From Camelus dromedarius (taxonomy: Eukaryota), in the NCBI RefSeq assembly GCF_036321535.1, contig NC_087437.1, positions 84,942,001 to 85,006,000 of the forward strand: DNA of 64,000 nt, written 5' to 3'. The translations under genes were made by a program, and so were the position numbers. Every line of letters begins with the position of its first letter. Positions within the stretch are counted from its first letter, which is position 1. The notes below the pieces were generated by a model. The model did not search any database. It was not told the DNA's origin and was given only the letters and a program-made list of their open reading frames with translations. Shown here piece by piece: positions 25,692-39,319 of this stretch.

Positions 25692-26203
25692 TGTAGTAGG
25701 CAGAATTCTAAGATGGCCACTAATGACCCACACTCCTATATAATCCCCTCCCCTGAAGTGTGGTGACATTTGTGACTTCCTTATAGAGAGTAAAATATGA
25801 CAAGGGTGGATAGTACAGTCACCCCTTGGTTAGATTATATTGTATGATGGAGATGATGGGAGAGTCACTTCCACAATTACGTTATACTCTAAGGCTGTCA
25901 TTTACGGACAGGAGTAGGAGATTCTCTTGGTAGACTTGGAGAAGAAAACTGTCATGAATTGTACAACTGCAAAGAAAAACTTATGTCCACAGTCTGAGAG
26001 AGCTTGGCAGCAAATCTTTCCTTAGTTGAACCTCCATGTGAGACCAACACCCAGCTTTTGATTTTTTGCCTTGTGAAATTAGGAGCAATGAGAACCCTGG
26101 AAAGCTGTTCCCGGACCAACAAAAGCTGTGCGATAATAAGTGAGTGTTTTTAAACCACTAATTTCATGCTAATTTATTATACAAGATAGGAAAAAAAAGT
26201 ACA
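25692..26203 (+). mobile_element. MaLR solo LTR, MLT1E-like
   Basis: 'tgtagtaggcagaattctaagatggcc..tataatcccctcccctgaagtgtgg..tgtgacttcc..ctgtgcgataataagtgagtgtttttaaaccactaa..taca'. Confidence 0.85.
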
Positions 26204-29200
26204 CTTGGTGAAAAGTAAGGTAGAAGTAAATGAAGACTTGATAGGCCCTAGAGGGGCCTACATTTCTTCTGGTTCCTCCTCAATGGACCCTCATGTCCTT
26301 TTTTATTCTGCTTTATTACTATCCTTTAAATTAGTCTGATCTAGTCCTTCCGCAGAGCATATATGCCATCCCATTATTGGGGTTTTCCTGAATAGATTTC
26401 TAATTGATTTTTACAGCCCCAGTCTCACTACTTTATGATTCCTTTTGTCAACTTTTCTCACCCAAACCTGCCCCTGGCCATTATTTAGTGTGGTCATTGT
26501 GTGAGGGCTGCAGCTGCTCCAAGGCAGAATTTACATAGTATTTTCCCTGCGCCAAAATTCCATCCTAATACTATTTTAAATCTCACTTTCTCATTACTCC
26601 TAAAAAGAGAGGGAAAAAAGTAAAGGAAACAAGTTAAAAAAGAATTTCAAGCCTGGAGGACTTTGATGATAATTTTTCCTTCTTAATAATCTTTGTAAAA
26701 TTTTTTGTTTTTACTTGAAATTCCAATACTTAAAATATTTTTGACAACTGTTTTCTCTTTCTACAATTTTCTTTTAAAATTCAGTTACTTTGTAGAAGGA
26801 TTTTAATTATTAATGGACCAATGAAAGTTATTGGTCTGTTTAAAGCTAGAACTGGGGTAAAATTAGGACTTGAAAATTACAAGCAGACTTGCCTAAGGAG
26901 TAAGATGTGAGCGTGAAACAAGTGTGAAAGGGAAAGCAGAAGAAAGAGACTGAGACCATTAAATAACACTGTTTGCATAGTTTGCCCCTTTTCATCTGTT
27001 TCACAGTTTTTATTAAAGAGAATTAACTAGTGTCACTTTCATAAGTTCTATTAATTTAGTGTTTGTGATCTTTATTCCTTACTCTTCTGTGGGTTCTGTA
27101 ACCTGCAAAAGATGCCAAGTTCTTATAGCTGCTCTATGACTGTAGGGACACCAAGCTAAAAAGCTGGATTGAAGTCTCAATAGGATTATTATTTTGTAAG
27201 TGTTTATTTATCTATTGTGAGTTAGAGGGGAAGGTGAAATATCATAGATTTCATGATGTCCGACAAACACAGGTTGTGTTCCTTAATGAGCTGTGGATGG
27301 TGATTTTTCTCACTAAATCATTTTTAAATGAAATGGTAAGATGGTATAAGAAGTATTGACTGATGCACCATCCATAATAAAAATGAACCCAGAACCTGCA
27401 AGTTCTGTTGTCCTAATGCATGTTCTTCTTTCATGGATACTTCCAAGCGACCCAGGGATTTCACGCTTGCAAACTCACCATTGTTTTAAGATACTTCTGG
27501 ATTTCATATGCTGGACATACTATGAAATACTGTTTTTAGCCTTTCTTATATTAAATTAAATTATATTAAATAATCTGTATATTGAAATACTCATCTTGTT
27601 TATTAACTGATAATATGAAAGTTTGTAGTATTTATATCTTCAATACACAGAGTCTAAGGATTTGATATACATTGGTAAATAGTTTCTTCATCAGTTACTC
27701 ACTTTTAACTTTCATGTCATTTGTTAATTTCTTCAGGATTTTCAGATATTAGATCAGGTATTGCTTGTATTGATTTTCAACCTTTGAGAGTTTGTATTTA
27801 ATTTCCACAATGAATATAAAAATAAATATTATATAAGTATGATATTTATATCTGGGCAACAGTGTTGATTCAACTTACTTTAATGCTAATTTGATACAAG
27901 GTTGTAAAAATATCTGCAGGTACATAAACAACATATGTCAAATTTATAACATATAGGGAGAATTTCAGTATGATGGCTTTGACTTTGGAAATACAGCAAG
28001 TAAAAAATAAACTTGATACTCCTAAACAAGTATGCTCTAATTTTCAAATATTTTAATGTTGTTGCATGTTTTAAAAAAAATTCTTAATAGGGAAAATGCA
28101 TTTCTTAAAAGAAAAATGACCCATTATGAGCCATAAAGAATTATAAGAATAATAAAAACAGTACTAAGTAGATTCAGACATACTTATGTTCATTGTAAGT
28201 GACCAAAACAATATTAAAATACCATTCATTTGGCTAGAAATACATTTGTTACTGATCATATTAAGCTCTTATTTAGTTTTACTTGAACAATTTATTTTGC
28301 ATATTTCAATTATAAGTGATTTTAACGTATTATTTTATAGTGACTGAGAAAACTTTAAGAAAATGCTATTGAATAAGTGGAGATGTATCTTTAGATTACA
28401 GATATACAGTTACACTTTCATAACTAATTTCTGTAACCAATTATTCTTTGATGTATTTCATTTTCTATAAAAATGACTTGGGAGTATATAAGGCAATAAC
28501 CTTCAAAAGTGCATCATGGTTCACCAAAGGGGAAAAAAATATACGAACCAATTTAGTGATGTTAAAACACAGGACCCTGGTGTAAGGGTATTAATGCCTA
28601 CAGGCTTTAGGATTCCATATCTTTAAGTGTTTATGAGAACATTTTACGTACACATTATCTACCTTGAGGTCTAGCTCCCTTTCTGGTTGCAGATGAAAGT
28701 GACTCAGTATTAGACCAAATCTGACCTAATTAAATTAAATAAGCATTCAATCAAAATTGTAACACAGATAGAACAGTATTACATGTGAAGAAGGAAAGAT
28801 GACAGTAAAATTTCAAAATAAAATGATGTAAAAATTATCCTATATTTGATTTTTTTTCAGCCTTTGGACAAAACATTCAGTCATTTCTGCTTATAAATGA
28901 ATTTCTTAAATATTAAAACTTGTTCAGTTACTATTAAACTTACGTCCTGGAGATTTACAAGCCTTGTTCTGTTTACTCCGGAACTCCTCTGCAACTAGTT
29001 TCTCTAGTAACCTTTAATTATTAATATATCTAAACTCAAAGGCAAAAACTAATTTCATTTTGTGAGGTTTTTGTACGTTTTAACACAACTTCTTTAAAAG
29101 CCTTAGATGTGATTATTTCTTGTAGCAGAAAAATGTAAAGCTGTATTTCAAATGTCTGTTTTATTTTACATCATTAATACAGTGTTATTGTTCTCAGAGT

Positions 29201-30160
29201 GAAAAATACAAGTTCAAGTAATGAGAGTAAATATCTAGTATTTGATTAATCCTTAGATTTTATTTTTTTTATATTTATAACTTTAAAAAAGAGCTTTCAC
29301 TTTTTAAAAATTTGAGCAATTGTAGAATTTGAAAGCAAATTTTTAATGTTAGTCAAACATATTTCAAGATTCTGTTTTGGTTTGGTTTTTGAATTTAAAT
29401 TAGTTTCTTTATGGTTTATGTCTCCTGCATGGGCAATGTAGGTATTTTCCACTCTACTAAACTCTTTTTAAAATGAGGAAAATGTTAATTAAATATTGTC
29501 ATTCATTAAAATTTACAGGTCTTGAAAGAGATAGTGCCAAATACTTTATTTGTATAATGTTACAAGTTTATTAGGAATTTTGCCACTACTGATTTGATTC
29601 ATATGTAAATTGCCTCAAAGTAAAATTAACCTGCCACTCCTATAATTATTAATTATGCAATTATTTTATAGGTGAGTAGCAAGAGATAAAAAGAATATTG
29701 GGTATATATAACACCAGAAATCAATTATAATATTATTTACTACACAAGTAATTATGGTTTTGATCTCCATTTATTATACTGTAATACTATATTATCAAAA
29801 TATATAATTAAATTTATTAATCATTCATTACATAATGGAGAGATGCATGGAACACCTAAATTAAGTAAACCACAGATCATGGCAATGTTAATTTTGTAAT
29901 ATAGTATTAACTTCCAATGTCAAGAGCATGGTCTCTGCTTTCCTATGCACCTCATTTATAGTTTTCTTTGTAATTCACTGTCTAATTTAGGATTTCTACA
30001 ACACAGCAATTCTCACTTGTTTGAAAAAAAGGAACTTAAAGCTTGCAAATAATATACTTTAAGGCATACTCTCTCTTCTTTAAAGTGCTTACTCTCTTTA
30101 TAAATGCAGTAAGTGCAAAAAATTGTGATTAAAAATAATTTTTGATCTTTCAATATCCTG

Positions 30161-30640
30161 TTTCTTTTTATTAAATTATAGTTGATTTACAATATTGTGT
30201 ATTGTATACACATAATAGTTTAAAAAAATTGTACACATACAATAGTTTTAGGTGTACAGCAAGGTGATTCAGTTACATGTATATATTTTTCAGATTATTT
30301 TTCATTATAGGTTATTACAAAATAGTGAATGTTGTTCCCTGTTTTATACAGCAAATCCTTGTTGCTTATCTATTTTATATATAGCAGTGTGTATCTCTTA
30401 ATCCTGTACCCCTAATTTGTCCCTCCCTATTTCCCTTCCCCTTTGGTAACCATAAGTTTGTTTTCTATGTCTGTGAATTTGTTTCTGTTTTGTAAATAGA
30501 TTCATTTGTATTATTTTTTCAATTTCACATAAAAGTGATATCATATTCTATTTGTCTTTCTCTGTCTGACTTATTTCACCTAGTATGATATTCTCTAAGT
30601 CCATCCATATTGCTGCAAATGGCAATTATGGCTGAGTAAT
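30161..30640 (-). mobile_element. 5'-truncated L1 3' end (cetartiodactyl type)
   Basis: 'tatagttgatttacaatattgtg..ggtgtacagcaaggtgattcag..ccctttggtaaccataagtttgttttctatgtctgtga..ccatccatattgctgcaaatggc'. Confidence 0.9.
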
Positions 30641-30779
30641 TTACAAATACTATTTGATGACCTCTAGCAGTCAGATCTTGAACTACCGCATTAGTTGTGG
30701 CATATATAACAGGTCTTTATTATTTTATTGGAAATCATAAAATATCCAGTGTGCTGATGCAACTGGAAAAAAATGGGGT

Positions 30780-30915
30780 TTTCAAGCAGACTTGTTTTCT
30801 ACACAGGAATCATTCAGTTACTAGCTGAATGTTAGTTAATCTGAGCCTCAGTTTTCACAAATGTAATAATAACTTTAACAAACTTTCTGTGTAAATTAGA
30901 GATAAAGTATGAAAA
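30780..30915 (+). mobile_element. MIR fragment
   Basis: MIR core 'ttactagctg..ctgagcctcagttttcacaaatgtaa'. Confidence 0.6.
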
Positions 30916-33900
30916 GTATAGGGATTTATTTACAGTTAGAGGATTATAACTCATAGCTACTCTCAATACATTAGTTGAAAATAGACCTCAAGTGTGCAAA
31001 CAGTAAAATTTCCCTGGGACTGAATTGAATACACTACTTGGAATCCAACTGTTTACAAATAATGATTGTATTTAATTTGCTTTTGTAATAAAATGCATTC
31101 ATATAACGTGTAAATAAAATGTGAATATAACAAAGAAAGTATATTTTAATTAATTCTGGAGTTGAAGGTATATTGTCTAAATTAGTTTGTACTAATAAAT
31201 TCTGAGTATCTCTGAGGTGTAAATATTTTCCTTAAAATTAAGTAGATCTGTTTCATTTCTGGATATATTTGCCATGTATATATTCTGCTTAGTTTGTTTT
31301 AATATAATTCTCTCAGACTAGAATTCCATTACCCATATGCTAATATGGAAATGAATAAGATTCTTAACTTCAGAATCTCATCTTTAAAGATTTATTGATA
31401 AAATTAATATGTGAAATTATACTTAAAATGGTTTAGATTATTAAATTTTAAATTTGTTTTTTGGAAGGATAATGCACTGAATATAACCTTAAACTTTCAA
31501 AGTGAAACAGAGAATAGTTTTGCCGCAGCAAAGGTTTACTTAAGCTTAAATTTTCTGAGATGAATTAGTTGCGGGTATCTTACACAATTGGGATGTTATT
31601 GGACACATAATTATTGTACTGATTAATTTTCCTGGTGTACCTCTGTGGTCGGTGTAACCAGCAGAGAATGTGGCTTGTAGCAAAAAGAACATCGCTTTCC
31701 TCATTTAGTGAATAAAGAAAGTATAACCTATTTCAGGATAATGCTACTTATTTCAAGAGGAATATAAACACTTTCTTTTTCAGGATACTATTACTTGATT
31801 TTCATTTTGATTGTTTACTCTGAAAGACAGCACCCTGCACCAACTGTAACTCAGAGCATCTCTCTAAAAATATGTTTGATCTCCTCAGAAGAATCAAAAA
31901 TATGCTGCCATGTAGGATCAATTTTTCACTACATTCACTAATTTAAAGATTCTAAGCAAGGGATAATGGAATATTTCTACTTTTAATTTTCAGATATTTA
32001 TAATTGGAAACTCTATGCTTAAAAATCATGCAAGTTTAAATATCCCATGGTTCTAAGAGATTTTAGAGTAGCTAAACAACAAATAAATTAAAATATTGGA
32101 GCTCCTTTTCTTTGGTTATGTTCTTAAAGTCAATGACTTAATCAGCATTGACTAAAAGAAAAGTATTACTTAATTCAGCACATAATCTAGTGATGCCATC
32201 AGTCTATATTTCCTTATCAAACTAATCACCTTTATAGATTTATAACTATATTTCTCCACATTTTAAACAGGAAACATTATTTAGTTGAATAAATGCATAT
32301 TACTAATTGTGAACATATGTATATCAGTATCTTGTATTCTAAGGAAGCAATGAAATTGATTAAATATTTTACCACATGTAAAATCTAAAGAATAATCACA
32401 TAACCAATAATATGGATGGAACTTTTTCTTACATAAATCTATTCTGAAATCTTCCCTATAATTAGAATTTATATTATTGTAATAATACTAATGAATGTGT
32501 TTTTATTTAAACTCATCTGATGAAAAAAAGAATAAAGTAATATTTAGAGCTCTTGTTCTAGGACTTCAAAGATAATGATAATCTTAGTACATAAACAGAA
32601 GTATAAATATTTTTCATTATCGCTGATAATAGTAGACATTAATTGCATTATACAAACTCCAGCATTGAATAGTAAGTAGACTCTAGAATGACATTTATTA
32701 AGACTGATACCTAGTCTAAATCCATCACTAAATTATTCCAGTTTGTGTATAAAATAATGATACTGAGCAGAAGAATGTTGCAAGTCTTTTCTGGATCTAG
32801 GTTTCTATGATTTTGAAGTTTACTCATTCAAAAAAAAGCAAAAATTATTTGTTATAAACATAAAATATGCAAACAGAGTATCCTAAATAAGTAAGTTTAG
32901 TCTAGATGCCACATTCTCAATCTTGGGTGCTGATAATGGCTTAGCCACTAAGAGACAATAAACATGTTTTAATATAAAATTAGCTTCCTGCTTGTGTTTA
33001 CCTGTCCATTATTTATTTTAAATGATTTTATATAGTAGGAATTACAATGCATGCAAATATTTAAATGTTTATCAAATTTCTCTGTGCCAATGTATGTAGT
33101 ATAGAAACGTTTAATGTCAATTTTATAGTATTAATTATGAATGAAGGCACCAGATTGACTACTAAACATTATATTGCAATTACCTTGCATGAATGGATGC
33201 ATTGTAATTAGTTAAAACTTATTGTCAGAAGTTAATTGTGCTTACATGTGAAATACAGAACCTAATATCTTATTTGAATACTGTAGCTAGAAAATGGTTG
33301 TAGTTATGTTGAACAGATGCATTATTAAATGTCTGGGATGCATGATTCCTTACCATATGATTGTGTCTGTGTGTATCAGAGGCCTAACTTGATTCTAGGC
33401 ATTTCGACAAAGCTGGGCCTAGTAAAAATTCTAATTGGATAAGAATCTGTAAAAGCAAAAGAAAACAACAGAAAAACAAAAACTTCAAGACAAAGAGAAA
33501 TGAAGCAAAGGGCTAGAAGTGTTTGAAGTGGAAACTGTCTATATAAAGTCCAGAAATAGATGATTCACATTGTCCTCCAGCCAGTTTTCATTAAATTCAT
33601 ACCTAAGACTTAAGATACAAGGGTTGACTTCTTTATCATAAAATCTTGCACAAAAAGTAAATGCATGTTCACTGGCATTGGTTCCAAAAATCTTGGCAAC
33701 TTCAGTGTTGTAACTATGGTCAAAATGTGCTTCCTTTATACAGGCAGACACATGGACAGATTCCTCTCAGTGTGAGGCATTGGAGGCCCATCTTTGAGTT
33801 GCAGGAATAATGTTAGCAATTTTGGTTGACATAAACAGAAGCTGGAGTCAATTTTACTGATGAACCTTATGATGTACAATGTATTTGGTGTTTGTTTTGT

Positions 33901-35432
33901 TTTGTTTTTAATAGCAAAAGTGATAGAAATTATCCTCAGAGAAAGAATGATTAAGAAGAACTAGACTTACAAAGGAAGTATGGCTTCCTTTTTGAAAATG
34001 ATGAAAATGTAGGAGAGGATCCACACCCCCATCATCCTTTTAAAGGTAAAGCTGCTTTACATGGAGGATTGGAGGCAACACCAGAGGTACTATTCTGTAA
34101 CAGCAGTAGAACTCTTTTTAAACCTAGGCTACTGTGAATTTTGGGGGTAACTGTGGATTAAATATGGCAACAGACCAGCCTAAGGCTAAATAGAAATAGT
34201 TTCGAAAGTTAACTAAAAATTAAAAAAAATTTTTTTTTACTCCAATAGCTAAGAAATTCGGGTTTGTGTGGGTTTGTGTGCGTATGTGATGTGTGTGAGT
34301 TTAATAGTATATGGATGTAGTTCTTGTATTACTTCTAACAGGGGATTTTCACATTTAGGTGTTGCAAAGTTCTTTTGGGGGTTTAGAATCTACATTTCAC
34401 TAAACAAGAATGTGATGTGAAATTTTATTAGATTTACATGTACACATTATGCAGCCACATTTTAAAATTTAATTACATACAATTTTCTTGATTAAAGCAT
34501 TATAATGAAAACACACCCTTATTGTCCCCCTAATACAAAGAAAGAAAATCTTCTTTGCAGAATACAGATTATTCTTACGGAATAAGCACACATATCTGAG
34601 TTGCTAGGAGTAGCAGATGTTATATGATTTATCTACACCAGCCCAAAAAATCAAAAACATCAAAATGAGTACTTGTATATATCCTCAGATGATAGAGTAA
34701 AATTTAATCCTGAGAGATGATACAAACAAATGTAATATATCTTTAAGTTTTCTGAAGAACCATTTGGAAATATTAGATTATTAAATCAAGGAATTTTCCT
34801 CTCCTTTTTCTTTCAGTTTGGTTAATTTTTTTTCTAAAAATCTCCAGATATGTAAAAATAGTCTTTAGGTTTTCTTGTAGAAAAAATTAAATGCAAAATT
34901 GAATTATGCACATTCTGATAGAATTGCTTATCTTAATAGTGGAATTGAATAGTCTTGGTTCATTTCATCTCTCAGTGATCTCTCCTAAGGAATTTCAGCA
35001 TAGATTAAATATCGAACTTTTGTGGGAAAACAGACCTCTATTAGCTTATTATGCTTACCTTACTTTTTTGCCTTGCTTATAGCTCCTGTATATATCTGAT
35101 CCTGTGTGTGTCTTCTTTTAGAAATATTTTTGAATACAATTAAAAATAAAAATTGGATGTTTGAGCAAGACAGAACCAAATTAATATTGTCCCATGTAGG
35201 TGGATGTTAGTGGTATCTCACTAATGTAGGTGAGAAAGTTTAAAGCAGATACATTTTGAAATGGCAAAAACACATTGAATTTTTTCCCCAAATGACAGGT
35301 TATATCAGATAACGAGAATATGAACATACATAAAGAAGTTTGCAAACATTTGTGTAACCCTTAAAGACTAGAATTTAGTCCAGTAACATGAAATAGATTA
35401 GAGATAAGCTGTTATATGACGCTCCTTAAAAC

Positions 35433-35463
35433 GTTTGTTTGTTTGTTTGTTTGTTTGTTTTTT
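35433..35463 (+). repeat. (GTTT)n microsatellite
   Basis: gtttgtttgtttgtttgtttgtttgttt. Confidence 0.95.
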
Positions 35464-35884
35464 AGATGTTCTACAGGTACAGTTAATTCTTGACATTTCT
35501 GAGGGGACCTTACTAAAGCCAAATCTACATAACCACTTATCAAATAGTGTACACCTACAAGTCAGTATCTGATGGGTCAGTGAATAAATGAAAACCTAGA
35601 GACACTAGGAATTTTGACTTTTGTTGGGAATGACATAACTGCCTTTGATTTTGGGAGAGGACTGAGGGTGAGGGCAAACAATAGTCTCCTAATTTGATTG
35701 AAATATCTTCATAGTATATAAAATATGTATTACATGAGAATTGTATCTAGCTAACTAAAATAATTTCTGTCCAGCTTGTTAATATATTCTGAGTCTTTTG
35801 TTTGAAAGAATGTATGATTTATTAATATAAACAGAAATTGTTTGTGACTGTTTTGGTATAACTATGTATATATAAAAATATATA

Positions 35885-36030
35885 GGAGGTGGGTATAGCT
35901 CAGTGGTAGAGTGTGTGCTTAACATGCACAAGATCCTGGGTTCAATCCCCAGTATTTCCATTAATATAAATACATACATATATGCATGCATACATACATA
36001 GAAACCTAATTATGTCCCCCCCAAAATAAT
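35885..36030 (+). mobile_element. tRNA(Ala)-derived SINE, Vic-1-like (camelid)
   Basis: 'gggtatagctcagtggtagagtgtgtgcttaacatgcacaagatcctgggttcaatccccagt' contains a Pol III A box (TAGCTCAGTGG, 35896-35906) and B box (GGTTCAATCC, 35939-35948). It is followed by an AT-rich linker, 'aaacctaattatgtccccccc' and an A tail. TSD is 'atatatag' (35878-35885 and 36031-36038). Confidence 0.85.
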
Positions 36031-36133
36031 ATATATAGTGATATTCCATAAGAATCATTTCCTTATCTTTAAAGGCCTAAGAGGAGGAATTTTTTATAAA
36101 ACATAATGTTGCCTTTGATTTAAAACGTAAGCC

Positions 36134-36151
36134 GTGTGTGTGTGTGTGTGT
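36134..36151 (+). repeat. (GT)9 microsatellite
   Basis: gtgtgtgtgtgtgtgtgt. Confidence 0.95.
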
Positions 36152-36949
36152 AAGTCACTGTCACATGTAATTTATTTCTTTGAGCTGAGATGTATATATG
36201 TATTTTAAAGATGGTATTTCTTTCTAAATAGCAAAAACTCATAATACTATGTTAGGCATTCAAATCTTAAGTTTCAAATGTTTCTTTAACTCCATGTCCA
36301 TTTTAACATTCTTGGTGCCTTCATGTTTGTGACATTTTGCAGCAGGCTTACAAAATCTAGGTAAAGTCTTCATGGTATAAATGATTAAAAAGCAGATTGA
36401 TGTAAAAATTTATAAAATAATTCCATCAACTTAGCAACTGTATTTCAGCCTTTAAATATATCAGAAAAATAATTTACTTAGATTGTACTTTCCCTGAATT
36501 TTACGTGGAGTTATTGCCTTTTTTTTCTGGGTGAAGGAAAGGATGCTGACAAATATGTTATGAGAGTTGTTACACTGTTAAAATAGCCATGACCCTAAAA
36601 TATGAAATGAGATTAGTTTTAATAATATCTCAGGTTTATTAGAATGATTTCATTTTACTGTTATCAATCTTTGAAGAGAAACCCTGCTTGGAAAATACTG
36701 TAGTTGTTCTATTGGAGATTTAATGTTTGAGCTCCCACTTGGGAAAGCTGGCAAAAAGATCTCGTATCTTTTTGAGTAGGCAGTCATGCAGTCTAAAAAA
36801 ATGATCTGTTTAGATCCCACATTTAAATAATCTTGCAGATGTCTCAAGCTAATAGAACTTTCAAAAGTTGATATATAAAGCCAGAATCTAATTGATGTTT
36901 AAAATTGAACTATAAAAGTGAAGGAAGCCTGATTTTCTTATTATTTTAT

Positions 36950-36977
36950 ACATGCACACACACACGCACGCACGCAC

Positions 36978-37018
<41 letters not shown>

Positions 37019-37045
37019 AATATATATATATATATTTTTTTTTTT
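36950..37045 (+). repeat. Compound microsatellite (CA)n(CGCA)n(CA)n(TA)n(T)n
   Basis: Directly visible. It explains the low-complexity ORF at 36888-37094. Confidence 0.95.
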
Positions 37046-37132
37046 GTCCTGAGTGAGCTACATGGAATATGAAGGTTACTTGGTGATAAATCAAAATATG
37101 TAGACTGATGGTTTAGATCATTTGGTTTAAAT

Positions 37133-37322
37133 CAGTGGGTCTCAAATCAGAACCTGGAGACTTGCTAGGAAATTAGATTTTCAGACTCCACCAATCTAGA
37201 TGGTTCAGAATAAATTAGAAACTGAATCAGAACTGAGCCAGAAACTCTGGTTAGGTTCTAGGAGCCTGTGTTTTAACAGGCACTCAGATTATTCTAATAC
37301 ATGTTGAAGTTCAGAACCACAG
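37133..37322. mobile_element. MER5A-like hAT-Charlie non-autonomous DNA transposon
   Basis: Terminal inverted repeats 'cagtgggtctcaaa' and 'gttcagaaccacag', with internal 'actgaatcagaa..tgtgttttaacag'. The 8-bp flanks gtttaaat/atttagat are 6/8 identical and resemble the NTCTAGAN-type hAT target. Length is about 190 bp. Confidence 0.85.
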
Positions 37323-39319
37323 ATTTAGATAGTAAATACTAGCAGATCGATATGAGTCTAAGAATCTGGTGATGGTGTGAATAATAAAGGGTTTAATTAT
37401 GACTTATCTTGGTCCAGGTTTACCTTTGAGTGGCATAGTAGCTGTTTGAATACTAGGCAAAGGTAGACTTCATGTTATATCATTAAATGTATTAATAGAT
37501 TCACTTTATTTACGGTGAAGATTAGATGTCATAAAATCTATTTTATGCCTGTGGGCAAATGAATATCTCCAGTTATACTCATTAAGTCTTGATTTATAGA
37601 AGACTCTCAGGTAATGTCTTTTCCCTATGTTAAATGGATTATCTGAGCACATTACTGACAATCTCTCTGTTCTTTCTCTCTCATTTCCTACAGTTTTGGA
37701 CTGGTGAGAATCTTAAGATCTATGGTTAATGAATTTTCTTTTTTTCACAAAGTATTAATAGAAGAGACCTTTTATAATTTTTAATCAAAATAACCTTGAC
37801 TGTGCCAAAGCATAGAAAGGAACACTATAGTTATCACAGAGTCATATGTAGTAGATTTTTTAAAAAGTAATTACAGCCAGGGGCCTTGAGCATAAATACA
37901 TCCTTTGCATGGCCCATGGAAAAATGCACTTTAAACTTAAACTGCTGTGTGTGATAATGCTTAGTAGGTGGGGTGGATTAAGGTCTTCCCCTCAAGATCA
38001 ACACAAATAAATACAAAAGCAGAAAGCAACCTCAAAAGAAATTGCTAACATTCCATTCTCGTGAGATTGAAGTTCCTCTTATATAGATATTTCTGTTTAG
38101 TTTCACCGTTGCAAGATAAACCACACTTCTCACCCCTCCTCTTCCATAAGTAACTGGACATGTTAACATTTTATATGTGATGACTTCATTTTCATTTAAA
38201 TGATTTGAATATTTCTGTATATCATAATTTTGATCTTTGTGTATCTGGTAATGAATGTTTAAAAGTATTTTACAGTGTTCCTAATGTCTCATAATAGAGG
38301 CTATTCTTACAGAGAAGAAAGTTGGCACTGTTCATCGGAGTTGACCATTCATCAAATGTATTTTACTGATTTATTAAGTTACCGATACGCAAGTAAAAAA
38401 TAAAAGAGATGGTTTGACAGTCTGATTTTATAACCTTGACAGCACCTGTTTTCACAGTTCTTAATTTGGCATTGGTATTAAGGTAACAATTTTTGAAAAA
38501 AATTACTGAAAATCTTTAATTTGAAAGTATAACATTATTAGATAGGTTATGTGTAATTACAAAGACTAATTGCATTTTAACATTCAGCCAAAGTTAATTT
38601 TTTGAAACCATTTTCTTGGTGAAATTTAATTGGATCTGTTAATCAGTTTAGATACAGCTGTTCTAAAACACACAACTCACTGCATATATAATATATGAGG
38701 CTGCAGATTCAGGTCTCTGACTCTTAAAAAAAAAAAAAGTCAGTTAAGTATTTTATAGGGATGTCCAGGAAAATAAAGAGTTTATTCTTGGGAGATAACA
38801 GAGGATTTCCCCTTTGAAGAAAAGTAGATTGTACTTTGAGCCTATCCTTTGGGATGTTTGTTTGAAATGTTAATTAGAATAACTGGTTTAGCAAGGATTA
38901 GGACAAGAGCTAAACACTGCTGACAGCAAGATATCTTCTCTTGGGAATCTTTCTGTTTCAATAACTGTTGTGGTGTTTAAAATGGATAAAGCTACTGCAT
39001 TCTTGCCAGGAAAAATGTCCCAGAGACGGCACAATTTCTGAATGTATCTTAATATTGACTGTTGAACCAGAAACATTTCATTTTTTAAATTAATCATGTT
39101 TGAGAAAGTTCCAAAATTTAATAAACCAAAGAGTGCATTTCACAAATTCCTTTTGATTCATGATGTTTGTATATCTGGAAGTTTCTGCACCTGAGCAATG
39201 GCATCATTTTATAGAGTTATTTTCTTTTTTCTAAACTGTATCTGTGGAGACAATACTTTCTTAGTTGCTGAAATTCAAATGTACAAACCCTAAAAGCAAT
39301 ACCAAATACTTAATTATCC

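Noticed and set aside
35885..35960. Functional tRNA gene
   Set aside because: The acceptor stem does not pair properly, the anticodon loop is mutated, and it has a SINE tail and TSD.
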